Part shown: positions 8,296-17,679 of the stretch, in pieces
Layout of the letters: each line of letters starts with the position of its first letter
How positions within the stretch are numbered: position 1 is the stretch's first letter
Source: Escherichia phage HermannAdler_Bas98
Length of the DNA: 64,000 bases
Strand: one strand, 5' to 3'
Sequence record: PQ850608.1
Made by a program: the position numbers and the translations under genes
Notes under the pieces: model-generated
Told to the model about the DNA's origin: nothing
The model's database searches: none
Seen by the model: the letters and a program-made list of their open reading frames with translations, nothing else

Positions 8296-9834
8296 GTGAT
8301 CAGTCAATCTCGTTATATTAAAATTGTATCAGGGGTCGGAGCAGGCGCGGCTGTTGCAGTTCGCAAACTGTCGCTTCGCATCATGACTTCCAATACAGTT
8401 CTGCCGCCAGGCATTGTCGCAGAATTTTCAACTGCTGATGCCGTTGGATCATATTTCGGTTTTTCTTCCGAAGAATACAAGCGTGCAGCACTGTATTTCG
8501 GATTCATCAGCAAGCAAATCAACTCGCCTGATTCAATCAGCTTTTCTCGCGTTGTATCCACGGCGATTCCTGCAATGGTTATCGGCGACACTGAGCCTAA
8601 AACGCTTGCTACTTTCCAGGCATTCACTGGCGCTATCTTAAGCATCACTTATGACGGCACAGACTACCTGACTGACGCCATCAACCTTTCAGCGGCAACA
8701 AGTCTTGCCAACGTAGCGGAACTTTTGGAAACGGCAATCAACACTAAGTTTGCAGCAGAAGGTGGCACGTCGGTGCCTGCACTTGCTGATGCAGAAGTGT
8801 ATTGGAATGCCAACACCCAGCAGTTCACTTTGGAAGCCGCTACGTCGACCGCTGGCGCTGGAAACCTTTCGATTAACGTCACAGGTCAACCGACAGACCC
8901 ATCTCAGGCGCTTGGTTGGACGACTACTGGCACCGTTACGGTTGCTGGCCAGGGTGTAGCAAGTCCGGTAGAAGCCATCGCGGCATCTGTGGAGATTTCC
9001 AACAACTTTGGCTCATTCCTTTTCGCTGGAGCAGACCGAACGCTGGAAGAAATCACAGCCGTTGCAGCTTGGACTCACTCGCAGAACAACATGTACATGT
9101 ATCTGTTCTCGACTGCATTCGCCAACATCGGCTCATACTATACCGCGTTGAAAGGTTACTCAGGCGTTGGTATGATGATCCGTGCAACTAACCTCGCGAA
9201 TGATTACATCGACCAGGCACCTGCTGAAATTCTCGCGGCGACAAACTATAACACTGTAAATGCAACTCAAAACTACATGTATTATCAGTTTGAAACGCGA
9301 AATGTAACCGTATCGACTGATTCACGCGCAGATACTGCTGATCAAAACCGTGCAAACTATATCGGTGCGACTCAGCAAGCTGGTCAAACTCTCGCGTTCT
9401 TCCAGCGTGGTGTTCTGATGGGCGGGTCTACCGCAGCAGTTGATATGAACACTTATGCCAACGAGATGTGGCTTAAATCTGCTATCACTTCTCAGCTGTT
9501 CAGCATGTTCTTGAATCTTGGTCGCGTGCCTGCAAACGAAGAAGGCAAAGCAACTGTACAAGCAATGATTCAAGTTGCTGTTGACAATGCGAAGGTTAAC
9601 GGCACCATCTCTGTCGGTAAGGCGCTGACGGAAATCCAGAAACAGTACATCACGCAAACTTCCGGTGATAACACTGCTTGGCGGCAGGTTGAGACTATCG
9701 GTTATTGGTTGACTGTCGATTTTGACACTGAAACCACTTCCGATAACCGCACCGAATACTATGCAACATACACGCTAATCTACTCTAAAGATGATGCTGT
9801 GCGTCGCGTTGAAGGTCGTGACGTTCTTATTTAA
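8296..9834 (+). CDS. tail sheath protein
   Basis: 512 aa, GTG start. N-terminus SRYIKIVSGVGAGAAV resembles DUF3383-type sheath proteins. A tube gene follows. Confidence 0.7.
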   Translation: MISQSRYIKIVSGVGAGAAVAVRKLSLRIMTSNTVLPPGIVAEFSTADAVGSYFGFSSEEYKRAALYFGFISKQINSPDSISFSRVVSTAIPAMVIGDTEPKTLATFQAFTGAILSITYDGTDYLTDAINLSAATSLANVAELLETAINTKFAAEGGTSVPALADAEVYWNANTQQFTLEAATSTAGAGNLSINVTGQPTDPSQALGWTTTGTVTVAGQGVASPVEAIAASVEISNNFGSFLFAGADRTLEEITAVAAWTHSQNNMYMYLFSTAFANIGSYYTALKGYSGVGMMIRATNLANDYIDQAPAEILAATNYNTVNATQNYMYYQFETRNVTVSTDSRADTADQNRANYIGATQQAGQTLAFFQRGVLMGGSTAAVDMNTYANEMWLKSAITSQLFSMFLNLGRVPANEEGKATVQAMIQVAVDNAKVNGTISVGKALTEIQKQYITQTSGDNTAWRQVETIGYWLTVDFDTETTSDNRTEYYATYTLIYSKDDAVRRVEGRDVLI

Positions 9835-9840
9835 ATAATT

Positions 9841-9858
9841 GCCGCCGTAACTGGCGGC
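9841..9858 (+). promoter_or_regulatory. stem-loop between the sheath and tube genes
   Basis: GCCGCC-gtaact-GGCGGC. No U-tract. Confidence 0.35.
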
Positions 9859-9881
9859 CATCTCTCTGAGAGGAATCTGTA

Positions 9882-10349
9882 ATGATTAACGTTTCCGGTT
9901 TTGGCGCTTCGATTCGTTTGGTAGCATCAAACACTTTCCCTAATGGTGTGACCCTTTCTGATTTTGCAGATGATGCTGATCCGATTGACGCGCCGGACCT
10001 GCAAATCTCTGAGGCTGCAATGGGCCTTAACGGTGACTTAGTAGTGTGGAACCGTGCAAACCCGCTTGAAGTAGGTGTGAACATCATCCCTACTTCTGAA
10101 AGTGATGTCAACTTGGACGTTCTTGCAGCCGCAAACCGCGTAGGCAAGCGCAAGAACTCCGCAAAAGACGTGATCACACTTGTGCTGACTTATCCTTCTG
10201 GAATGGTTATCACGCTAAACAAAGGCACCTTGACAACTGGTTCAGTAATTCCTGGCATCCAGTCTCAAGGTCGTGTGAAAACACGTCAATATCGCTTCAA
10301 GTTTGAGAACGTAGTCAAAACTGGCGTGAGCAACCAAGAGATTTTATAA
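9882..10349 (+). CDS. tail tube protein
   Basis: 155 aa directly after the sheath gene. It has a paralog at 11300-11797. Confidence 0.65.
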   Translation: MINVSGFGASIRLVASNTFPNGVTLSDFADDADPIDAPDLQISEAAMGLNGDLVVWNRANPLEVGVNIIPTSESDVNLDVLAAANRVGKRKNSAKDVITLVLTYPSGMVITLNKGTLTTGSVIPGIQSQGRVKTRQYRFKFENVVKTGVSNQEIL

Positions 10350-10678
10350 TGTATCAAATACCACTTGACAGCGTACCTAACCAGAATATCAGCTTTAACG
10401 TTGACGGTGCATATTGGCAGTTGCACATTTTTGCCGCTATCGAGCATATGTGTGCCGACGTATATCGCAATGGTGAACTTTTGATTCAAGGGGTGCGCTG
10501 TTTTGGTGGTATCCCAATGGTGCCTTATAAGTATCTCATGATTGGGTACGGTAATTTCATTTTCGACAGCGTACCTGATTATGAAAGGTTTAACTCTGGC
10601 GGCTGTAATCTATATTACATGTCAGAATCTGAGTTGGCTGAATTCCAGGCCACTGCTGAAGCGGAGTTTGCAATTTGA
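10349..10678 (+). CDS. hypothetical tail protein
   Basis: 109 aa. TAATG overlap with the tube gene stop. Confidence 0.45.
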   Translation: MYQIPLDSVPNQNISFNVDGAYWQLHIFAAIEHMCADVYRNGELLIQGVRCFGGIPMVPYKYLMIGYGNFIFDSVPDYERFNSGGCNLYYMSESELAEFQATAEAEFAI

Positions 10679-11031
10679 CAACTCTAACCATTGAAGTGAA
10701 CGAAAATAATGACCTTTTTCTACCTGATGGAAGAAACTTAAATATTCTTTCAGGAGAAAAAGCGATGGTGCAAGTAATCAAGGCCGCGCATCAGATGCGA
10801 CTTGGTGAAGACTTGTACGATATAGAAAACGGGGTCGATTATTTGGGGACCGTTTTCAAGTCGCCCGTTGACGAAGACGGTGCGCGAAAGTCGATTGCAG
10901 ATGCTATTCTGAAGAAAGCAGACGTTGCCGGAATCGACTCATTGACTGTCACCATCCAAAACGGTATCCTTGGATTCACTGCAGAAGTGGTGACTATTTA
11001 TGGCGAACGTATAAAGGTGAGTAATCAATAA
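10675..11031 (+). CDS. hypothetical tail/baseplate protein
   Basis: 118 aa. TTG start in a TTGA overlap. ILSGEKAMVQVIKAAHQMRLGEDLYDIENG loosely resembles gp25/W-type baseplate proteins. Confidence 0.35.
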   Translation: MTTLTIEVNENNDLFLPDGRNLNILSGEKAMVQVIKAAHQMRLGEDLYDIENGVDYLGTVFKSPVDEDGARKSIADAILKKADVAGIDSLTVTIQNGILGFTAEVVTIYGERIKVSNQ

Positions 11032-11297
11032 TGGCACAAGTAATTCATTTTGCAAATGGCGTCATGAAATTTGGCGAAAAATTTGAAGACGCATCAGAGC
11101 TGTTTAATAAGAAGGTTGAGCCTGTTACAGAAATCAAAGAGCAGGTCGAAGAAAAGTCCGTTGAACAAAAACTCGATTTTGATTCCATGAGCGTTTCAGA
11201 ATTGAAGTCTTATGCCAAAGAAAATGGCATCGACATCAAGGGTCTTTCTTATAAGGATGAAATTCTTGCTGCAGTTAAATCTGCATCTGCGGAGTAA
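11031..11297 (+). CDS. hypothetical acidic protein
   Basis: 88 aa. TAATG coupling to the upstream gene. Confidence 0.45.
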   Translation: MAQVIHFANGVMKFGEKFEDASELFNKKVEPVTEIKEQVEEKSVEQKLDFDSMSVSELKSYAKENGIDIKGLSYKDEILAAVKSASAE

Positions 11298-11299
11298 AC

Positions 11300-11797
11300 A
11301 TGGTCAATATTAGTGGATTTGGCACAAGCATTAGAATTGTCGCTCTTCAATCTTTTCCTGTTGGGCTGAATATCAGTTCTTTGTCTGATGACCAGGATTC
11401 GCTAATTATTGAGGAAGTTGAATCAGTAGGTTATCAACTTACTTACGACGGCGGCATTTGCATATACGACAAAGCCGCCGTCGTTCGCGTATCCATTGCG
11501 GTCATTCCAAACACTGAAGATGACATAAATCTTAAGCTTTTATTATCTGCCCGTAAAGGTGGATTCAAGTGGTTGCCAATTCAGGATGTGACATCGATGC
11601 TCATTACATATCCTGACGGTGGAAGGGTGGCATTCTCTAACGGAACGATAATCAGCGGTCCGCTTGGTGACTCCATAGAGCAATCAGGCCGTCGCAAGAC
11701 AAACCGATACACATTTGTGTTTGCCAGCTACGGTGGCGCACAGAGCACGTCTCAAATTGCCAAGGGCGTGGTGCAAAGCATATTGGGGTCCATTTAA
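11300..11797 (+). CDS. tail tube-like paralog (possible tube initiator / baseplate tube)
   Basis: MVNISGFGTSIRIVALQSFPVGL... aligns by eye with MINVSGFGASIRLVASNTFPNGV... of 9882-10349. The later block IPNTEDDINLKLL matches IPTSESDVNLDVL. Confidence 0.6.
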   Translation: MVNISGFGTSIRIVALQSFPVGLNISSLSDDQDSLIIEEVESVGYQLTYDGGICIYDKAAVVRVSIAVIPNTEDDINLKLLLSARKGGFKWLPIQDVTSMLITYPDGGRVAFSNGTIISGPLGDSIEQSGRRKTNRYTFVFASYGGAQSTSQIAKGVVQSILGSI

Positions 11798-12330
11798 TGG
11801 CTATCGATTTACTGTCATATAGTCTATCAAACAGAAGCTTCACGATAAAGAGCTTCAACCTTGGAGAAGTATCCACGCTTGGATGGGCCATAGTCAACGT
11901 CAAAATAAGACTCCAAGCGAAGATATTCAAAAACCAAAGGGAAGACGGCAGCTATATTGTCGATGGCAGAGTAAAGATGCCGCGAATACTCACTGTCACC
12001 GTGATAGCTCAGACGAAAAGCGCATCAGATGCAATAGCTAAGATGTTGCAAAACAGGTCGACTATATACACAATTAATTCCCGTGGTCTAATATTCGAAC
12101 GTATGGTGCTGCAAAATAACAACTTCAGCCAGGACGCTGACAATATAACGTCTCAGCCCATACAATTGGTCTTCCATGAGATATTAACACAGCAGGATGT
12201 GTCTATTCAAACAGCGCAGGCAGGCGACTCAACAGTAATAGAGCGCGGCATTGCATACATAAAAGAAACTTCTGCCAGCGTCACTGGCGTCGCTACAAAG
12301 GTGATGAATGGTATCAAGGGGATGTTCTGA
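11797..12330 (+). CDS. hypothetical tail protein
   Basis: 177 aa, translationally coupled (TAATG). Weak similarity in pattern to the next gene. Confidence 0.45.
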   Translation: MAIDLLSYSLSNRSFTIKSFNLGEVSTLGWAIVNVKIRLQAKIFKNQREDGSYIVDGRVKMPRILTVTVIAQTKSASDAIAKMLQNRSTIYTINSRGLIFERMVLQNNNFSQDADNITSQPIQLVFHEILTQQDVSIQTAQAGDSTVIERGIAYIKETSASVTGVATKVMNGIKGMF

Positions 12331-12890
12331 TGGACTTCGTTTCGATTCTGCTTTCTGGTCAATCTTTGACCATAACGAATGAGTCAACAGGTCTTCCTGT
12401 CTGGACAAGGCTTTCACCTGTTTCTGCAGAAATAACATCCCCAGCAGAAACAACTCAATTCCCTCTTGCTGGTACAGCCATGCAGGTTGTCGAAGTATCA
12501 AGCACGTCATCAGTAAGCAATTTACAGGCGGCAAAGGTTGTAATGCCAGCCCATATGGCGTTAAACGTAATTTGCAATGACCAGTCTACAATTGAAAATA
12601 TCATAAATTCATTTGATGATGACGAAGTCACATTTTCAATAACTTCACGAAGCATCATTGCCAGTAAAATGTCGATGTCCGACGTTGAAATAACCCAGTC
12701 AGAAGAAAACTTGAATGGAGTCTCAATAGTAATAACTTTCGAGCAAACGTCATTTAGCATTCAAGGAAGCTTCGACCCTAAACAATCTGCAGACGAATCA
12801 TCAAATGGTGTTGCTATTAAAGAACCAGTCAGTTTGACTACAACTGTGAGTTCGTTATATAATAAAATAAAATCAACAGTAGGAATATAA
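12330..12890 (+). CDS. hypothetical tail protein
   Basis: 186 aa. ATGA-type overlap with the upstream gene. Confidence 0.45.
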   Translation: MDFVSILLSGQSLTITNESTGLPVWTRLSPVSAEITSPAETTQFPLAGTAMQVVEVSSTSSVSNLQAAKVVMPAHMALNVICNDQSTIENIINSFDDDEVTFSITSRSIIASKMSMSDVEITQSEENLNGVSIVITFEQTSFSIQGSFDPKQSADESSNGVAIKEPVSLTTTVSSLYNKIKSTVGI

Positions 12891-12891
12891 A

Positions 12892-13308
12892 ATGAAGATC
12901 ACCAACAAACAAACTGGTCGTACAGTAGAAATTAAAATCAGCAAAATGACTGCGATGGAAGGCTGGAATATTCAGCGTCGCTTTGTCGAATTTGCAATGT
13001 CGAAAGACCCTGCGTTTCGTTCAGAGTATACGATGGAAGTGTTGAGCTTCGCAAAAGTCGAGCTTGATGTGGGCCAAGAAATCCCATTAAGCACTGGTGC
13101 ACTAATTGACAACCATCTTGGTGACTGGGAAAACCTTAAAGAAGTCTTCGAAGCAGTCCTCATGGAGAACGGTATAAACCCAGATACTCACGCCGAGCGT
13201 GAAGGCTACTGGGAACAAGCTGGCGGCGAAATGGCTGCAGCATTCATCGGCGAATCGATGCGATTAATCGCGCCATTCCTCAGCGGCGAGACTCCAAACA
13301 AGGGGTAA
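12892..13308 (+). CDS. putative tail assembly chaperone
   Basis: 138 aa immediately upstream of the tape measure gene. Assigned by position only. Confidence 0.4.
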   Translation: MKITNKQTGRTVEIKISKMTAMEGWNIQRRFVEFAMSKDPAFRSEYTMEVLSFAKVELDVGQEIPLSTGALIDNHLGDWENLKEVFEAVLMENGINPDTHAEREGYWEQAGGEMAAAFIGESMRLIAPFLSGETPNKG

Positions 13309-13311
13309 ACT

Positions 13312-15492
13312 GTGTCTGACTCATTAGAAAAATTTGTGCTTCAATATACGGTGGACTTGAAAGAGTCCATCAATCGTCTTGAGCAATTGCAAGATAAGGT
13401 TGATCAGACAAACAAAAAGGCAAAATCCGCTGGCAAAGATTTCTCTGGAGCATTCAAAGATGTTTTTGGCGAGCTAAAGCCGCTTACTGGTGAGCTAGGG
13501 TCAATTGACGGAATACTTGCGCGGCTGACATATCGTTTTGCCGCGCTCGTTCCTGTTGTCGCAGGATTGGCAGTCGTCGTCAAATCCATCGTTGATGTTC
13601 GAAAAGAATACGAAGCGCAAAGAAAGCTTGGTTTTGAAGCCGGACTCTCTCCAATGGGTGTCGAACAACTACAACGACAGTTGAATGAAAGTTCAGGTGG
13701 CATCCTTGGCGCACAGGGGTCGCGAGACTTAATCAGCAAAGCTTCTAATCTGGCATTCAATGCATACACCAACCCCGATGTGATGAACAAGGACAACTTG
13801 TTGTTGAACAAGATGGGGACAAGTCCTTTCAACAGTAACGGCGGCATCAAAGACACGAATCAGCTGCTTGATGAAATTGGAACAAAGCTGAGAAGTGTGA
13901 ATGAGCAAACCGCTCGTGCTATTGGTGCTCTGGCAGGTTTTACCGCCGATGAAGTCCGCGCCCTTCGCGAGCGCAACCAGTCTGTGAAAGAAAGCACACG
14001 CATAAGCGATGAGGAAACGGCAAAGCTGCAGCGCCAACAAGCTGCTCTTGAGACTATACGAAATAGTATGGGGCAAATTCAAGAAGATTGGCGGCGTATT
14101 GAGCTGGTTATCGGTGAAAACGTCATGCCTGCATTCTCGACGCTTGTCAGCAAAACCGCCGATACAGTCGAAGGATTCCAGATGATGTTCCAAAGAATGT
14201 CTGACGGATGGAGCGAATTTGTCGACAATTTCATCGCTGACTTGAAACACCCGTTTGATAAACAGGCGGCTGTTAACGAGCGTCACGAGCGTGCCGTTGA
14301 TAGATGGATCACGCAGATGGCCGAAGGCGATGTGAAACGCCAGAGGAACCAGGAGCAAAACGCAGCTGAACAACGTTCTGCGCAAGCACTTTTCACTCGC
14401 GATATAAACCTGTTTTCAAGCGCCGTTTCAACATTTGCTGGCGTCATTGATGAGCGACAAGCATGGGCTGCATGGGCTGGTGAAATAGGACGAAGCGCAG
14501 GTCAATCTGCTATGCCTGGAACACCAGCACTAAGTACTGGCGCGACCGTAGGTAACAACTTGGGATCAGGCAATCCGACCGCTTACGACTCAATCTATGA
14601 GGAAGCATCCAAGCGTTATGGAATCCCTGTTGCGATGATGAAGGCCGTAACAGAAGTCGAATCTGGATTCAACCCAAATGCCGTAAGCGGAGCAGGTGCG
14701 ACCGGACTGATGCAAATCATGCCTTCCAACTTCAAGGGTCTTGGTATCACAGACGGCAACGACCCTAGACAAAACATTATGGGCGGCGCTCAACTGTTGA
14801 AAGAGTATTTAAACGCTGCCAACGGCGATTGGAATCTTGCGCTGACGATGTATCACGGTGGCTACGACCGCAGCGGCTGGGGCAAGAATACACGCGCTTA
14901 TCCTGGAAAGGTCATGGCCGCTCTCGACCGACAATCCAATGGTGAGTATGCCACGGCAGCGCCGCAAGGTGCACCAGTTACTCCAGTACTTAGCGGTAGC
15001 GGAGCGGAAGCACCAAAGGGAAGCTATGCACCAGTACAAGGCCAATCGCGCCAAACGGTGCAATACAGGCAATTGCAAGAAGCCATTGCAGGATACCTGA
15101 ACGTACCAGTTGAGCAGTTGATGCAGGGACAAGTCAACAAAGGTGATATTGACTTTGCTCAAACTTACCTTAAGCTTGGAACGCAAAGGGATTATATTAA
15201 AAATATGCAGCTGGCTTCAACTCCAGGTGTAAGACCGAACATTCAAGCCGAAGCGATGAAAAACGCTCGTCTTGCTGCATTCCAACTTGAAGCATTCCAG
15301 AAATACGGCGGCGACCTTTCCGCGAATAGTCGACCTGGTGGGCGTGATATTACTATGGGTCAGAAAAACGTTGTCATCAACGTCAACGGCGCTCAAGACC
15401 CACGCAGCACGGCATTCGAAACGAAACGGGTGCTTGAACAAGATGATATCAACGACATAAACAACCTTACTGCTACACCTTTGAAGTGGTGA
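13312..15492 (+). CDS. tail tape measure protein with lytic transglycosylase (SLT) domain
   Basis: 726 aa, GTG start, helical N-terminal part. SLT signature YGIPVAMMKAVTEVESGFNPNAVSGAGATGLMQIMP. Confidence 0.8.
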   Translation: MSDSLEKFVLQYTVDLKESINRLEQLQDKVDQTNKKAKSAGKDFSGAFKDVFGELKPLTGELGSIDGILARLTYRFAALVPVVAGLAVVVKSIVDVRKEYEAQRKLGFEAGLSPMGVEQLQRQLNESSGGILGAQGSRDLISKASNLAFNAYTNPDVMNKDNLLLNKMGTSPFNSNGGIKDTNQLLDEIGTKLRSVNEQTARAIGALAGFTADEVRALRERNQSVKESTRISDEETAKLQRQQAALETIRNSMGQIQEDWRRIELVIGENVMPAFSTLVSKTADTVEGFQMMFQRMSDGWSEFVDNFIADLKHPFDKQAAVNERHERAVDRWITQMAEGDVKRQRNQEQNAAEQRSAQALFTRDINLFSSAVSTFAGVIDERQAWAAWAGEIGRSAGQSAMPGTPALSTGATVGNNLGSGNPTAYDSIYEEASKRYGIPVAMMKAVTEVESGFNPNAVSGAGATGLMQIMPSNFKGLGITDGNDPRQNIMGGAQLLKEYLNAANGDWNLALTMYHGGYDRSGWGKNTRAYPGKVMAALDRQSNGEYATAAPQGAPVTPVLSGSGAEAPKGSYAPVQGQSRQTVQYRQLQEAIAGYLNVPVEQLMQGQVNKGDIDFAQTYLKLGTQRDYIKNMQLASTPGVRPNIQAEAMKNARLAAFQLEAFQKYGGDLSANSRPGGRDITMGQKNVVINVNGAQDPRSTAFETKRVLEQDDINDINNLTATPLKW

Positions 15493-15496
15493 TAAT

Positions 15497-16369
15497 TTGA
15501 AAAAGAGAATCCTTAAAGTCACCTTATCTATGCCGGATGGCACAAGCCAAGTGCTTGATGAAGGATTGATGCTTAGATGCCGAATCAAAAAGGCAGCACT
15601 TTCCGTGCAAAATAAGGCCACAATCGAAGTCGCAGGATTGACAGGGTACTTGAGAGAGTACCTGCTTTCCAACTTCACCGCATTCAACAAACGTCTGCGT
15701 GATCAAGGCCAATTGGCGGCGAATTACGTCAACGTAACAATTGAAGCTGGATATAGAGAAGGCAACGTTGTTAGCAGCAACTTGGTATACAAGGGACAGG
15801 TGACGACTGTCGAGATAACAGCGCCGCCGCCGAACATCGTCATACGCATCACTTGCTACACCAACCAGATAAACAGGACTAAGTTTATCACTCAAGCTGC
15901 ACCGTCAAACCCAACCTTCAAAGAGTTTGTGGAGTGGTCAGCAAAGCAAATGGATATTGATACTGTTATATGCGATACGTCGATTAACAATCAACGTCTT
16001 GTGAACCCAGGCCGAACAACATATGTTGCAGCAGCCTTGCTGCTTGAGATTCAGAACTATCAAAGGAACTCTATTGCGGCATATATCGATGATGATACGC
16101 TCATCGTCAAGGATAAAGACAAAATTCTGAATCCAGAACAGATAACGGTGATTGAGGAATTTGTCGGAATACCGATGTGGAACGAGTGGGGCGCTGACTT
16201 CACTTGCATGTATAACGCGGATTTGAAGCTTGCCCAAGGTGTGAAATTCAAATCAGTCTTAAACCCAAGCTTGAACGACACCACATTCGTCATCATGCAA
16301 CTTGAATATGATTTAGCAAGTCGTGATGACATATTTACGGTGACGGGCGGCGTTGCACCATCGGCCTAA
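15497..16369 (+). CDS. hypothetical baseplate/hub protein
   Basis: 290 aa, TTG start, directly after the tape measure gene. Assigned by position only. Confidence 0.35.
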   Translation: MKKRILKVTLSMPDGTSQVLDEGLMLRCRIKKAALSVQNKATIEVAGLTGYLREYLLSNFTAFNKRLRDQGQLAANYVNVTIEAGYREGNVVSSNLVYKGQVTTVEITAPPPNIVIRITCYTNQINRTKFITQAAPSNPTFKEFVEWSAKQMDIDTVICDTSINNQRLVNPGRTTYVAAALLLEIQNYQRNSIAAYIDDDTLIVKDKDKILNPEQITVIEEFVGIPMWNEWGADFTCMYNADLKLAQGVKFKSVLNPSLNDTTFVIMQLEYDLASRDDIFTVTGGVAPSA

Positions 16370-16371
16370 AT

Positions 16372-16893
16372 ATGAGAAAGAATAAAGTAATTGAGTTGTT
16401 TGGAGTTACTTATGAAATACATCAATTCAGCGCAATAGATGCGTTTGAAATGGTTGATGCGATAAGCATATTAACTCCACTTGAATTATTAAGTGAATGT
16501 CATGTTATTAAATATGACGGAACTAAAGTCAGGTTGAATTCTGAGAAGGCCATCAGTGAAGAAGTGAAAAGTGTGCCAAATCACTTGCCGCCCAACCTTG
16601 TATTGAAAGTTCTAATGGAAGCGGTAAAGAAGCACAATTTTGGATTCCTCAGTGATTGGAAAGGCACTAAGATTCCAAATAGATTCTTGGCTGATGTTCC
16701 GACCGTAGAGCCTAATTATCTTGAGCCGATGGTTGCAAGCCTAATAAACAATGGTCTTGCTTCGTTAAAAGAATTGGAAGAATATTATTCATTGCGTGAT
16801 GCATTCGCTATGTTTGATGGACTAATAGCAAAATCACTTAATGAAGCCTACTCAAACGAAGCTGCCATTAAAGAATCAAAGTCAAATCGCTAA
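16372..16893 (+). CDS. hypothetical baseplate-module protein
   Basis: 173-aa ORF with no motif. Confidence 0.4.
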   Translation: MRKNKVIELFGVTYEIHQFSAIDAFEMVDAISILTPLELLSECHVIKYDGTKVRLNSEKAISEEVKSVPNHLPPNLVLKVLMEAVKKHNFGFLSDWKGTKIPNRFLADVPTVEPNYLEPMVASLINNGLASLKELEEYYSLRDAFAMFDGLIAKSLNEAYSNEAAIKESKSNR

Positions 16894-16903
16894 AATATTG
16901 CTT

Positions 16904-16952
16904 ATAGACTCCTTATAGATTATAATTTGTTGATCAGATATAAGGAGTCTAT
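16904..16952 (+). promoter_or_regulatory. RBS-sequestering hairpin upstream of the spike gene
   Basis: A perfect 13-bp inverted repeat, ATAGACTCCTTAT (16904-16916) and ATAAGGAGTCTAT (16940-16952). The 3' arm contains the AAGGAG SD and the first two bases of ATG 16951. Confidence 0.6.
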
Positions 16953-17679
16953 GATGGCAGAAAAGTTAACCCAACTTACAAGCCCCAACCAAACTGACAA
17001 ATCAAGTATGTTTGCCGCGCTGCAGGGAATGCTGGACCGTGGCAAGTATACCACTGACGGCATGATTCCTGCACAAGTAATATCTTATGACCGCAAACAG
17101 AATTTAGCAGTCATAAAGCCTGTTATTCATTTCGTAAGTCTTGATGATAAACCAGTGGAGCGTCAACCACTGGTGTCAATTCCTGTATTGGCAATCGGCG
17201 GCGGCGGCTTCGTAATCAACTTTCCTCTGAAAGAGGGTGATTTGGGCTGGATATTCGCTGGCGACCGCGAGTTGTCGACATTCCTTGAAGAATTGAAGCC
17301 GACCGCGCCTACCAATGGCCGCGCGAAAACTTTCGCTGATGGACTGTTCATACCGGATGTATTTCGAAAATACACCATAAGCGGAGAGGATGCAGGCTCA
17401 ATGGTGATCCAGTCACTCAGCGGCGCTGTCCGCATTGCATTAAGTGATGACTCGATAAACATAACTGCATCGGCTGGAGTAAATGTGAAAACACCAATAA
17501 CCACTATCGACCAACAATTGATAGTTAATGGAAAGGCAACGTTCAATGGTGGTATAGAAGGGAAAGAAGGAACGACGGCAACGCTTCCGACTGGTACAAC
17601 AATCGGCGGCACAAATGTATCCACTCACGGTCACATAGGTAACGGACCTGGAAACAGAACTGGGGATATGATAGAATGA
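16951..17679 (+). CDS. baseplate central spike protein
   Basis: AAGGAG SD before ATG 16951. The N-terminal domain (IPAQVISYDRKQNLAVIKPV, GDLGWIFAGDRE) resembles gpV/gp138-type spikes. The C-terminus is Gly/Thr-rich and ends in STHGHIGNG. Confidence 0.55.
   Translation: MMAEKLTQLTSPNQTDKSSMFAALQGMLDRGKYTTDGMIPAQVISYDRKQNLAVIKPVIHFVSLDDKPVERQPLVSIPVLAIGGGGFVINFPLKEGDLGWIFAGDRELSTFLEELKPTAPTNGRAKTFADGLFIPDVFRKYTISGEDAGSMVIQSLSGAVRIALSDDSINITASAGVNVKTPITTIDQQLIVNGKATFNGGIEGKEGTTATLPTGTTIGGTNVSTHGHIGNGPGNRTGDMIE

Noticed and set aside
12892-13308. Programmed -1 frameshift in the tail chaperone gene upstream of the tape measure
   Set aside because: I found no X_XXY_YYZ slippery heptamer in frame; GGGAAAA at 13127 is in the wrong phase. 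There is also no overlapping + strand ORF that would give an extended product.
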